A stretch of DNA of 50,653 nt from a virus (IMGVR_UViG_3300019879_000025:1-50653); one strand, 5' to 3'; positions 1 to 9,472 are shown, counted from the stretch's first letter. Notes: generated from the letters alone by a model not told the origin. Made by a program: numbers and translations.

Positions 1-3000
1 ATAGAGGAATCCCAGGTCTTAAGATCGCCACGGTTGGACTCCCGTTTGAGATAGTCCAGGCGCGGACCAGGCTCAAGGCCTCGCATTTCATCGGTTATCC
101 GCTTACGTCCGAGCGAACCCATCCGGGACGGCGTAGAACCGTCCTTGTCGATCACGATGATTCTGGTAGCAAAGCTTGTACCGTACTTCGCGTACTCTTT
201 GCCAGCAATACGGATGTTGGCCCGCACGTTGTACTTTTCGGCTATCTTGTCGAACCACTTGCCGGCACCACCAGGGGCTGTCAGCGCCGCTCCGCCATTC
301 GCATCGTCTGCGCGGCCGCCACCCAGAATCGTGACCAGGCGCCCGCCAGGCGCGAGCCGCTGTAATGCGGAGTCCACATGATTGAATCCATAGACGTCAC
401 GGTTGGCTACGGCCTGTCCCTCCTTGCCTTTGAGTGCGCCCGCGGAGAACGGAGGGTTCATGATGATCACTGTTGGCTGGACGGAACTCTTGAGTAAGGA
501 GTTGATGATCTCGCCGTCGTGCGCAGTGATGTTATCGAATCCGACGTGCTTTAACATCGCCTGCCTGCGGGGAGAGATCTCGTTAACATGAACCTCGGCG
601 CCGACGGCTTTGGCGAATACTGCCAGGCCACCGTTACCACCAGATGGCTCCAGAACCACGTCATCGGGCTTGATGGCAGCAACCTTGGCTACGGTATAGG
701 CCTCGGTTGGCGGAGTCGAGAACTGCTGGCCCTTAAGTTGCTCATCTGTGCGTGTGCTCTGCGTTGGTAGACGGTTCATGAGGTTCTCGCGCAACATCTC
801 GAGACCTTCATGTGCGGGCATTGTCATTAAGTCTTTGCCGGCGTCGAGCAGGTATTTGTTGACGCCTGCCTCCATGGCATCGGTTGCGTCTTTTGGGGTC
901 CACTCACCGGAAACGCGAGAGGATCCAAAGTGCTCGGCGGCTAGGCGTTCGAACTGCGGCATATTGCCGAGGGAATCGCCGTTCTTTAGCTTGGTGTAGA
1001 CCGCGTCTGCAAGTTTGGCCGCCGGAGTTTGCCCTGCCTCTCTGAGTTTCGGTGCCTCGTTGGTCGGCGCTTCACCGCTCGCTACCGCCAGCGCATCTTT
1101 TGCGTCCGACAATTCTTTTTCGGCTTCATCAACTCTGTAGCCATGATCCTTCGCGTACTTCAGTCCAGTTTCTGCGCGTTTAACCTCTGCCTGGAGGCTA
1201 TCGAGTTTGTTGGCAGGCGTGACATCATTTGAACTCTGCCATCCGGGGATACGCTCTTTGGTGGCTGGATCTTCCAGGCGCAGGCTGCCACCGGGATTGA
1301 CCCACGAAACCTTGTACACCGAATCTTTGTACTCAACCATATCACTCTTAGTCTTTACGCCGACCTTGAAACTCTGCTGCTGGCCTGGTTCTGTGCCCTC
1401 TTTAGCGCCCGATGACCGCTCTTCCATCCACTGCTTTGCGATCGCCTTATCAATACTATCGTTCAAACTACGATCTGCCGAATGGCTGGAGTGTGGAATA
1501 CGACCGAGCCCAAAGAACCGCGGACTGACTTTTGCTGCCGGCGTCCTCTTGTTTGGTGCGGCCGCTGGAGTGGCCGGCGCGCCTTCTAGGATTGCCAGTC
1601 TCTCGGCCTTGCCTTCTGTGGACAGGTACGGAGTGTTACGCACCACCTGAATCATTTTCGTACGCTGTTCTGGAGTGAGTTTTGCGAGGTTGGCGCGAAC
1701 TTCATCATTGATCAGATCGGGCTTTACCTCCGTAGGCCGGTGGAGTCCCCTGTCGTCCCTTACGAACGTTTTGTCGCCGACACGAACGACGCGATCATGG
1801 GAAGGATCAAAGTCTGAGATCTGTTCAGCGGACAGCTTGGGCCCGCCCTTCCGTGCAGGCTTATCGCCCGCCAACTGGGCGATACGTGCCTTTAGAGCAT
1901 CATACTCAGGACTTCCTGGTTGTGGCTGTGCCTGACTGGATGCTGGCTTGCCTCCCCTTTTGGCCTCGATATCCTCGAGCCGCTTCTTGAGCGCGTCGTA
2001 CTCGGGGCTGCCTGGACCAGGTTGACCAGTTGGCTCTTCCTCCTGTGCTTTCCACTCCTTAACGTCGTCCCGGTGTCCGACCTTGCGCATAAACATGGAA
2101 TCGCCGAGATAGCCGGGTGTGGCATTGATATCGTTTTCGTCGACACCGTATAACTCAAGCCCGTCCTGTCCACCACCTACGATCTGATTGACAACGAACC
2201 GCTGGCGCTTATCCCCATAGCCAGTATTGATCGTTTCGAGCACATCGCCGACGCCGACATCCATCGCTTTGAGTTTTCCGTTCTTGTCCCACTCGGCCTG
2301 GAGTTCAGCTTTACGCTCGGCTGCTTCTTTCTCTGCATCGTCTGCACGCTGCTTTTCCGCTGCCTTCCTTGCCTCCTCGCGCCGCTTGATCTCCGGGTCG
2401 TCCTTCACCGTCCAATTATGGTCGGCCGGGTAGGTCTTGCCGACGGATGAGGTGCTTCCAATCAGAGACGCGGAGCCAGTAACGCGCACGCGCAACTCGC
2501 CCTTGCGGTTAGTCTCGACTTTTCCATTGATATACGCGATCGATCCGCCGAAGCCAGGAACCGCTTGATAGACCTCGTCGCCATCCTTGGATTTCATGTG
2601 TCCATCGGGCCAGGTGTCGGCGGTTTTCAGGTTGTGGTTGGCGCGCAGGTGGTGCTCGATCGCGGCATCTGTCTTTTGCTTGCCGATAGTATCGAGCATC
2701 TTAATGGTTTCTTTTATGACGGCCTGTTCGGTGCTTACTTTGTGGTATTCGCTGAAGAGTTGACGGCCAGTCGTGATCTCAAATGATCCCCACCCTTGCT
2801 TATTGTGTTCCTTGATGTTTCCGCGCGGCGAGACTAGCGCGATACGGTACTCCTCGTACCCCGGCAGGATGTATTCGGTACCCTTCAGCGTCTGTGCCTT
2901 TCCTCCGATCAGGTAGTTGGTAAATTCCACCCCGCGTTTCAGCACCGTGGGTTGCGCGACCCGTGGAGGGTTCTCGCGCTTGAATGTGACGGGTTTCTCG

Positions 3001-6000
3001 TCTACTGCTTCAGGTTCTGGTTTAGGCGCTTCAGTCTTGAGTGCCCCTGCTTTTCCCTGGGTACCGGACTCCTTTTCCTCGAACATCGGTTGCGCTTCGG
3101 GTTGCTTGTTGCGGTCCACCAGTGAGAGAAGTTTGTTCTCGATATCGTCGGTATCGTCTGGGTCGAGGCCGTAGTCACCAGGGAATATCTCAAGCTCATT
3201 GAGTAGGCCTGCTGCTCCGCCTTTAGTTGGGTGCTCGGCAAGTTGTTCAGGAAAAGCATAGTTCAATGCTTTCCACACAGCCAGGGCGTAGGGGCGCTCT
3301 TCATCCGGGAGTGAGTGGATGAACTGCCGCACACCAATGTCGGCTGGTGGGTGCTTTAACGTGAACTCCGAGGCAGGGTACTTGATCAGTATTTTGTCGA
3401 TGTCATCGCGGGCTATACGCAGAGCAACCGCGCTCTTGTCCTCTATCGCGGATGCCTCGTCCTGGCGGAGCTTCTTGAGCGCTAGGCCGTCTTCCGAATC
3501 TGCCGGGATACGGGAGCGCTGGCGCCTTTCCTGCGCTTTTTGGCCTGGCTGAACAGGTTCGGCTGATCCAGATGGCTCGCCGGCTGCACCTGCTGTCTGA
3601 CCTTCGGCGGCAACTTCTGAAGCACGAGTTGGAGTTTGTTTTTCACTTGTGGAAATTGTAGCAGTAGTTTCGCTGTCTGTTCCACGTGGAACAGTTTCAT
3701 TGGCGGCCAACTTCTTTGTTCCCTTGAGCAAAGAATCGATACTGGCCCTTACTTTTCCACCCGGCATCGTGCTTCCGCCATAACTTCCGCCATGCCGAAC
3801 TGGATCCCACCACGCGGCGATCTCGTACTTACCGGCATAGGCGGCGAGTTCCAGCTTAGCGCCATCTGGGGTTTTGATCTCAAACCGCATATCGTGAGCG
3901 CCAAATTTTAGTTTGTCTGGGTTTTGATCAATCCAGCCTTGCAGGGCGGTTACAGTCGCTGGCGGTATGTCTACCTGGCTTTGATGCCCAGACAACTGCG
4001 GAGGGCCGGCTGGCACTGACTCACGGTGTCGCGCATGGCCGTTTCCAAGGAACGAATCGGGGTGTTTGGCCATCAGCTCAAGCATGTCCTCTGCCTGCTC
4101 CTGGCTGGTACCGCGCCACCATACCTGGTCCTTCGAGTCCCGGATTTCAGGCATGCCATTAAACCCATCAGGCACAACTTGGTAGTGGTCCGTTACCGGT
4201 TCGATACCAGCCTTGTGATTATTGAGGCTCTCGACGGACGGAACATCCCTACGGAGCAAGCGGCCGGCGGTGATCTGAACCGGGCCCATAGCGCCAACAC
4301 CTAGCGGCAGAACGTGCTTGGTTCCGTCGCGTTGCGTAACAGTGATCTCGCGCACTGGAATGGTTTGCCCTTCGAGTTGATTGCCGCCCTTGTACTGATC
4401 AGCAAACTCAGGTTTGACGTACGCGATGGTGATGTGCGGTTTGTATTCCGGGAAGGACTCTTTTCCAAAGTCACCAGCCCCTTCAATCAGTTCGCGAAGG
4501 TGCTCAAGTTCAGGAGTCACCTGGACCGTGGCAATTACCGGCGCCGCTCCATCTGAATACTTGCTCGGCGGGAAGGTATCGGTTTTACCGATCGGCAACT
4601 CGAATGGTTGCACCTGTGCTAGCGCAAGTTGCAAACGGCCAACCTGCTCGGGGCTCGTATTGTTGAGCCCGTAGCGAACAGTGATGTGCGGCTGATCCTC
4701 TCGTCCTTTGGCGTTGCCGCCAAAGTCGGAAGCCATGAGGTGGTGCTCCGGGATCGCCTGGACTGCCATCGCGTGCGCTTTCCATAGATGGCTGTCTTTC
4801 TCAATTTCAATTTGCGTGTTCCCTGCGCGGAACTTTATCTCGGACAGGCCATTACGCGCACGGAAGGCATTCAGCGCTTCGGTGTTGATGCGGTTGGCTT
4901 CTTTGTGGTTCTTTTCGGCTTCCTCTTTGTTGCCGGCCAGTTCCGCCTTTCTTCCGTCGGTGTAGAAGCGATGGGCTTCGTCAGTGGTCGCCTGGACTTC
5001 GCGCGGAACAATCTGGACCTCAGCCGTGAGACCGTTAGGCATCCGTACCTGGATATTTACCGATGGGTATCCGGCCAGGTCCGGGCGGCCTTCCATGAAC
5101 CTATCTTCGACATCCACGACGCTGAACTGCTTACGGATCTCCGCCACCAACTGGTCTTTGGCCTGTGGAGTATCGGCTGCAACCTGCGCGGCAAGATAGT
5201 CTTGAATCGTGCGAGATGGTTTGTCGTCGTCCTCGACCTTCTCGTCTATGCGCTCGACATTCTTCTGTGGGCGTAGACGGTCGAATCTTGCACCAGGGAT
5301 AGAAGTTGCAATGTGTGAAAGTTTGGTCGTTAGGAGCGGGGCCGCTTCAGCCGCGAGCCGCTCGTTCTTCATTTCGTCGTCAGTGGGTTGGACGATCTTG
5401 CGCCCGGATTTCTTGTCCTCAGTGCCAATCTTCGCGATCGCGTCTGCTTTTTTTATCTCTCTGGCGATCGCCTGATTGACCTCTGTTGATTGGAACCGCT
5501 TACCATCGCGGTAAGCAGTCATCAGTGTTGACCATGCCTCTGCTGGGTTAGTCTGTGTTACGGCTTCGTCGTCGTACCCTAAGTCCCTTAAACCCTGATC
5601 CATGCCGGATGTAATGTGAGTTGGGTACCAGGGAGTTGTATCTGGTGGCGCTTGGGCAAGCAATTTGGTGTCTTCTGGAGTTTCTTTCTTCACCTGGACT
5701 ATAGGTTCTTGGCCGGGCGCGATGTCTGCGTTCCGTTGTACACCTTCGACCGCTTTGGAATCTTCGGTCATTCCGCGGCCCATTGCTGGTACAACTCCAG
5801 GAGCACCTTCACTAACAAGCCTGGTAGGATGAACACCTTTATAGCCTTCTCGATCGCCAAACAGCATTATGTTCAGAAGGTCGCGATCTGCGGGCGGAAT
5901 CTTCCCTGGAGTCATGCGCTTCAGTAACTGCGTTCGGTAATCATCCCCTGCCACCTCTTTGTGCGCTTCATCCAGGAGCCATGCGTCCATGCGCCGTATG

Positions 6001-9000
6001 GTATTAAGCGATTTACGGTCGCTGCTGGCGTCGATCTTTGGTGCCGGAGCCATGGTGCGGCCGGACTGGCTTTGAATGACTTGGCCGGAAGAGATCACTG
6101 GTCCTTGTGTTGGTCCTGGCCCTGGCTCGGATATGGTTCCAGACCTGCGGTCGCTCTCCTCGTACAACTCACCCACCCTGGCTGGCGGAGTGTTGGGGTT
6201 CTTGATTTCTTGCTCGATTTCAGCGTTGGACATTTCTCCGATCGTGGCTGCTTTGGATACCTGCTGTGCCAGTCTCTTCTTGATGTCCTCGAGAGAAGGT
6301 GCGCCAGCATTTTGTTTGATATGGGCTTCAACCTTCCGGCGAACCGCTTCTGGGTTGGTCGCTTCCGCTGCCTTGATGGTCGTGGTCTTACCGGGATGCC
6401 CTGGATGCTCGACCTGGTACACGCCACTGCCGGGAGTGGTCTCGCCTTTGTTCACCATGCCTGCATCTTTGATGGCCTGTTCTGCTTTGGCGTTGATGCT
6501 CTGTTCTGCTGGCTTTTCGGCCTCGGTGGCCTTACGCAGATCCCATCGCCACCGGCCCGTCTCTGCATCATAGGACACGGCTTCCGGGGTCTTCCGCTTC
6601 AAACTCTCCCACATGCCTTCCGCGTCTTTCTCGCGCTTGGTGTCAGAGACAACGTAGTCGGCTCCGTGTTCCTTAGCGTACTTCGCAGCGTCGTTGTAGA
6701 ACACCGTACCGTGGCCCTTCTTGGTCAGTTCCGGCGGAATGCGGACGTTCTTGATCTCCATCGCTTTGTCAACGCCTACGTAGTGGTTTGCGCCTGCGTC
6801 CATGCGTCCGATGGCCTCTCCGTCCTTGGACAGATGAAGAGTGGCATACCCTGGTGTCTCGCCGCGGTTGAAATTCAGCGGTGCCTGTTCTTCGGCGCGA
6901 ACCACGTACCCTCTGTCTTTGCCTGTGGACTCGATCTGCCTGGGCTCAACGTCTTCTGCCTTCAGTTCTGGGGTGGCCTGTTTGGCGGCGGTCAGATTTT
7001 GGGAAGTGGTCCGCCTCGGCTTCCCTCGGTCGATTACACGCTGGACTGATGGCGCCGGCGCTTTTGTTGCAGATGTTACAGGTGTTGCGTTTGTAACGTT
7101 TGTTGCATCGGTAGCCGCCTTTGCCGCTGCCTCCTGAGCCTTATTGTGCCCCTGAACCGCATCATTGATGAGTGCTTGAGCCAGTTTCTCAGCCTGCTCT
7201 GGCGTCTTGGCAAGGTGCAAGGTTCCGTCTGGGCCAACAAACCGGCCACCAGACTGCTGGATCGCGTTGATCAGATAGTCGTGAGCATGCAGGATGAGTT
7301 GCGGGCGTTGTGCTGGGGGTGCGGCGGCAATCTTAGTAGCCAGTTCTGATAGGTGATCAGGATGCAGGTTCGCAGGATGGGTCTCGGGTGTTGTCCCAGT
7401 CGCCGGTGGCTGCGCGGCGGCAGTAGCAACTTCAGTCTGCTGTTGCTGGAATGTATCGATGTGTCGATTGACGATGTCGCGCGCTAGTTTGGCTGCGGAT
7501 TTGATATCGGTCGCGGTTTCTACGTGCCCAGTTGTTGGATCCACGAACGTGCCCATGGGGCGGCCCATGATCCACTTCGTGAGATTCCCGTAAGACTCCT
7601 TCATCAGCGAATCACGAGTCGCTATGTCTGGAGCATGCGCGATCGCACCGGCAACACTGTTTAGTATTTCCAGCGTTAGATGCGGTGGACCAGTGTCTGG
7701 CGAGGGTTTTGGGATCTCGCCCAAATTCTGTCCGTACTGGATCATCGCCTGGACATCTTCAGGTACTTCAGGAGGTGCGGCAGTTCCAGGCTCTGGCGCT
7801 CCGGGTTTGGCTATTGCGCTCGACTGAGGGCGACCAATCCTGGCCTCAATCGTTTTATCTCCGACGCGGACACGGCCTGTGACTCCGCCTTGCGATGCAG
7901 TAGCGGAAAACCCGACCTTGCCGTTGAATATAGAACCTCCCGCAGCGCGCCCTTTGGCCAGGTTGCCGGGTGTACCGATGCCTGTGGCTACCGTTTGATC
8001 GCCCACCGTTGTCAGTCCAACGTGAGTAACGTCTGGATATTTAGCCCTGAATTCTTCCACCGTTGAAGGAATATCACTCCCGCTCATCCGTGGTTTAACA
8101 AACTCTTCGTAGACTTCAGGTGTCAGTGAGACTGGCCTTGTACGAACGCTTCCAGTTCTTAGCCCGGTTATAACTCCTACTGCGGAAGGGAGAAAGAACG
8201 CTGCCGACCTGATCAGTTCTTCATCCTCTGGGGTCACGTGCCCGTGGACCGCCGCGCCAGTTCCTTCACTTGCCAGATAGCCCGCACCGTAGCCAAGTGC
8301 CACCTTTAGCGGCGCGTGCATGAATCCGGCAGCAGCAAGGGGCTCCATGAGTTGGTTGGATCCTTGCATGATTTCTGCTCCACCAAGAGCACGCTTACGT
8401 GACCTTTTGTCCGCCTCGGGGCCTGTCCATCCGGCCCTTTCAAACCGTGGATCCGGACCCTTTCGGTTCATCGCATCAGACAGGGACTCGGTGCTTGGCC
8501 CTAACTGTTTTTCTTGATTTTCTGCGATGTCGCTGATTCCACTAGCTGCCTTTTCGGCGCCAACCCATGCGTCAAGCACAGGGATACGATTGGCTTCCGG
8601 CACTGATGGTAAAGCTGACCGCTGTCCAGTCCGTGGGTTTGTATAGTACTGCCCTTTGGCGATACGCTCTTTGGGAGTTCCTTCGATATCCTCATCGACT
8701 GGACGTGGACCTCCTGCTGGAGGTGCTACCGGTTGCCCAGACGCCGCGCGGGCCGCACCCGTGGGTGTCTGCTGGCGATAGGCGCCGGGATATGCCGTGG
8801 GTCCCCGAGGAATATCCACATGGGTAGGCATCGCCTCGAAAACTGATGGCTGCCTGGGCTTGTATCCGACAGATCCCGCTCCAAGCGGATCTCGGATCAT
8901 CTCTGCTGAAGCTTGGTCTTTGGTGAGTAACGGAAGCGGGGCGGGAGAGGCGTCTGGCTCGAATCCAGGAGGCGCACTTACGTTGGAAAGGAAAAGGCTC

Positions 9001-9056
9001 TGCTGTTCGTCGGGCTCGAATCCAGGAGGAGGAGCAACTGTACTTTTATCAGGCAT
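1..9056 (-). CDS. Giant polyvalent (DarB-like) internal virion/ejection protein, >3018 aa, 3'-partial; GNAT, RelA/SpoT-like, 2H phosphodiesterase and N6-adenine MTase domains
   Basis: ATG at 9056 (MPDKSTVAPPPGFEPD...). No ORF in this frame appears in the track, consistent with one open frame to the window edge. Hand translation gives: GNAT-like EIKNVRIPPELTKKGHGTVFY...AEGMWESL (~6580-6850); RelA/SpoT-like KNVERIDEK...IQDYL...GYPSVNIQV...AEVQI (~4950-5310); two PHIT motifs (His codons at 4688 and 4436); MTase QQFSTPP, VLEPSGGNGGL, IIMNPPFS (~440-770). It follows the ejection genes. Confidence 0.88.
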   Translation of the reverse strand, partial: MPDKSTVAPPPGFEPDEQQSLFLSNVSAPPGFEPDASPAPLPLLTKDQASAEMIRDPLGAGSVGYKPRQPSVFEAMPTHVDIPRGPTAYPGAYRQQTPTGAARAASGQPVAPPAGGPRPVDEDIEGTPKERIAKGQYYTNPRTGQRSALPSVPEANRIPVLDAWVGAEKAASGISDIAENQEKQLGPSTESLSDAMNRKGPDPRFERAGWTGPEADKRSRKRALGGAEIMQGSNQLMEPLAAAGFMHAPLKVALGYGAGYLASEGTGAAVHGHVTPEDEELIRSAAFFLPSAVGVITGLRTGSVRTRPVSLTPEVYEEFVKPRMSGSDIPSTVEEFRAKYPDVTHVGLTTVGDQTVATGIGTPGNLAKGRAAGGSIFNGKVGFSATASQGGVTGRVRVGDKTIEARIGRPQSSAIAKPGAPEPGTAAPPEVPEDVQAMIQYGQNLGEIPKPSPDTGPPHLTLEILNSVAGAIAHAPDIATRDSLMKESYGNLTKWIMGRPMGTFVDPTTGHVETATDIKSAAKLARDIVNRHIDTFQQQQTEVATAAAQPPATGTTPETHPANLHPDHLSELATKIAAAPPAQRPQLILHAHDYLINAIQQSGGRFVGPDGTLHLAKTPEQAEKLAQALINDAVQGHNKAQEAAAKAATDATNVTNATPVTSATKAPAPSVQRVIDRGKPRRTTSQNLTAAKQATPELKAEDVEPRQIESTGKDRGYVVRAEEQAPLNFNRGETPGYATLHLSKDGEAIGRMDAGANHYVGVDKAMEIKNVRIPPELTKKGHGTVFYNDAAKYAKEHGADYVVSDTKREKDAEGMWESLKRKTPEAVSYDAETGRWRWDLRKATEAEKPAEQSINAKAEQAIKDAGMVNKGETTPGSGVYQVEHPGHPGKTTTIKAAEATNPEAVRRKVEAHIKQNAGAPSLEDIKKRLAQQVSKAATIGEMSNAEIEQEIKNPNTPPARVGELYEESDRRSGTISEPGPGPTQGPVISSGQVIQSQSGRTMAPAPKIDASSDRKSLNTIRRMDAWLLDEAHKEVAGDDYRTQLLKRMTPGKIPPADRDLLNIMLFGDREGYKGVHPTRLVSEGAPGVVPAMGRGMTEDSKAVEGVQRNADIAPGQEPIVQVKKETPEDTKLLAQAPPDTTPWYPTHITSGMDQGLRDLGYDDEAVTQTNPAEAWSTLMTAYRDGKRFQSTEVNQAIAREIKKADAIAKIGTEDKKSGRKIVQPTDDEMKNERLAAEAAPLLTTKLSHIATSIPGARFDRLRPQKNVERIDEKVEDDDKPSRTIQDYLAAQVAADTPQAKDQLVAEIRKQFSVVDVEDRFMEGRPDLAGYPSVNIQVRMPNGLTAEVQIVPREVQATTDEAHRFYTDGRKAELAGNKEEAEKNHKEANRINTEALNAFRARNGLSEIKFRAGNTQIEIEKDSHLWKAHAMAVQAIPEHHLMASDFGGNAKGREDQPHITVRYGLNNTSPEQVGRLQLALAQVQPFELPIGKTDTFPPSKYSDGAAPVIATVQVTPELEHLRELIEGAGDFGKESFPEYKPHITIAYVKPEFADQYKGGNQLEGQTIPVREITVTQRDGTKHVLPLGVGAMGPVQITAGRLLRRDVPSVESLNNHKAGIEPVTDHYQVVPDGFNGMPEIRDSKDQVWWRGTSQEQAEDMLELMAKHPDSFLGNGHARHRESVPAGPPQLSGHQSQVDIPPATVTALQGWIDQNPDKLKFGAHDMRFEIKTPDGAKLELAAYAGKYEIAAWWDPVRHGGSYGGSTMPGGKVRASIDSLLKGTKKLAANETVPRGTDSETTATISTSEKQTPTRASEVAAEGQTAGAAGEPSGSAEPVQPGQKAQERRQRSRIPADSEDGLALKKLRQDEASAIEDKSAVALRIARDDIDKILIKYPASEFTLKHPPADIGVRQFIHSLPDEERPYALAVWKALNYAFPEQLAEHPTKGGAAGLLNELEIFPGDYGLDPDDTDDIENKLLSLVDRNKQPEAQPMFEEKESGTQGKAGALKTEAPKPEPEAVDEKPVTFKRENPPRVAQPTVLKRGVEFTNYLIGGKAQTLKGTEYILPGYEEYRIALVSPRGNIKEHNKQGWGSFEITTGRQLFSEYHKVSTEQAVIKETIKMLDTIGKQKTDAAIEHHLRANHNLKTADTWPDGHMKSKDGDEVYQAVPGFGGSIAYINGKVETNRKGELRVRVTGSASLIGSTSSVGKTYPADHNWTVKDDPEIKRREEARKAAEKQRADDAEKEAAERKAELQAEWDKNGKLKAMDVGVGDVLETINTGYGDKRQRFVVNQIVGGGQDGLELYGVDENDINATPGYLGDSMFMRKVGHRDDVKEWKAQEEEPTGQPGPGSPEYDALKKRLEDIEAKRGGKPASSQAQPQPGSPEYDALKARIAQLAGDKPARKGGPKLSAEQISDFDPSHDRVVRVGDKTFVRDDRGLHRPTEVKPDLINDEVRANLAKLTPEQRTKMIQVVRNTPYLSTEGKAERLAILEGAPATPAAAPNKRTPAAKVSPRFFGLGRIPHSSHSADRSLNDSIDKAIAKQWMEERSSGAKEGTEPGQQQSFKVGVKTKSDMVEYKDSVYKVSWVNPGGSLRLEDPATKERIPGWQSSNDVTPANKLDSLQAEVKRAETGLKYAKDHGYRVDEAEKELSDAKDALAVASGEAPTNEAPKLREAGQTPAAKLADAVYTKLKNGDSLGNMPQFERLAAEHFGSSRVSGEWTPKDATDAMEAGVNKYLLDAGKDLMTMPAHEGLEMLRENLMNRLPTQSTRTDEQLKGQQFSTPPTEAYTVAKVAAIKPDDVVLEPSGGNGGLAVFAKAVGAEVHVNEISPRRQAMLKHVGFDNITAHDGEIINSLLKSSVQPTVIIMNPPFSAGALKGKEGQAVANRDVYGFNHVDSALQRLAPGGRLVTILGGGRADDANGGAALTAPGGAGKWFDKIAEKYNVRANIRIAGKEYAKYGTSFATRIIVIDKDGSTPSRMGSLGRKRITDEMRGLEPGPRLDYLKRESNRGDLKTWDSS

Positions 9057-9069
9057 GAAAAATCAGTCG

Positions 9070-9249
9070 TCACAATACTTTATAGCCGGCATCAATGAAC
9101 TGCCGTTCTGCCGATGCGTAAGGAATTTGTAACTCTTCGGCCAGCTCTTCAATTTCGTTGCGCTGGACAGTCTTCTTACCTTTTGGTTGTGGTGTTTCAG
9201 TGCGTGAAGCTTCGTCGGGCGAAAAACCTGGAGGTGGGATAGGCTGCAT
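9070..9249 (-). CDS. Small protein (59 aa, MQPIPPPGFSPDE...FIDAGYKVL)
   Basis: Hand-translated ATG 9249 to TGA 9070, below the ORF-track cutoff. Shares the PPGFxPD motif with the N-terminus of the adjacent giant protein. Confidence 0.6.
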   Translation of the reverse strand: MQPIPPPGFSPDEASRTETPQPKGKKTVQRNEIEELAEELQIPYASAERQFIDAGYKVL

Positions 9250-9253
9250 TTTG

Positions 9254-9347
9254 TCTTATCGTTTGGCCTCTGCCCGGCGGTTTTGCATGAAACCGATATC
9301 AACTCCATATCCGCCGGGCTTCAGCCCTTCGTCGTGGGGGTATAAGA
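9254..9347 (-). other. Stem-loop element between tRNA-Met and the 59-aa gene
   Basis: Perfect 9-bp stem GCCCGGCGG/CCGCCGGGC (9272-9280, 9311-9319), extended by GGCT/GGCC across a GAA/AGA internal loop, with an outer TCTTAT/ATAAGA pair. Confidence 0.45.
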
Positions 9348-9353
9348 ATCTCG

Positions 9354-9430
9354 TTGCCGTGGCCGGATTCGAACCGACGTCGTTTAGCTTATGAGGCTAC
9401 CGCTGGGACCGGGCTCCACCTCACTCCGCG
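9354..9430 (-). tRNA. tRNA-Met(CAT)-like, degenerate or atypical
   Basis: Minus strand CGCGGAG...TAGC-CTCATAA-GCTA...GTCGG-TTCGAAT-CCGGC-CACGGCA-A. T-arm intact and CAT anticodon present. Acceptor stem has C1:A72 plus G:G and A:A mismatches, the D-arm is irregular, and no CCA is encoded. Confidence 0.7.
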
Positions 9431-9472
9431 CCCATAATCCTGCCACACCAACCTACCTACCGCAAGCATAAT

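Noticed and set aside
145-9132. Many plus-strand ORFs (e.g. 5961-7049, 362 aa) and short minus-strand ORFs
   Set aside because: Antisense or off-frame shadows of the giant minus-strand gene, which carries the recognisable motifs.
9063-9308. 81-aa minus-strand ORF from the track
   Set aside because: The alternative frame 9070-9249 gives a more protein-like product with the PPGFxPD motif, and this ORF starts inside the stem-loop.
9300-9353. Theta/HDV-like, hammerhead or twister ribozyme after the tRNA
   Set aside because: Catalytic core consensus not identifiable by eye; reported only as a structured element.
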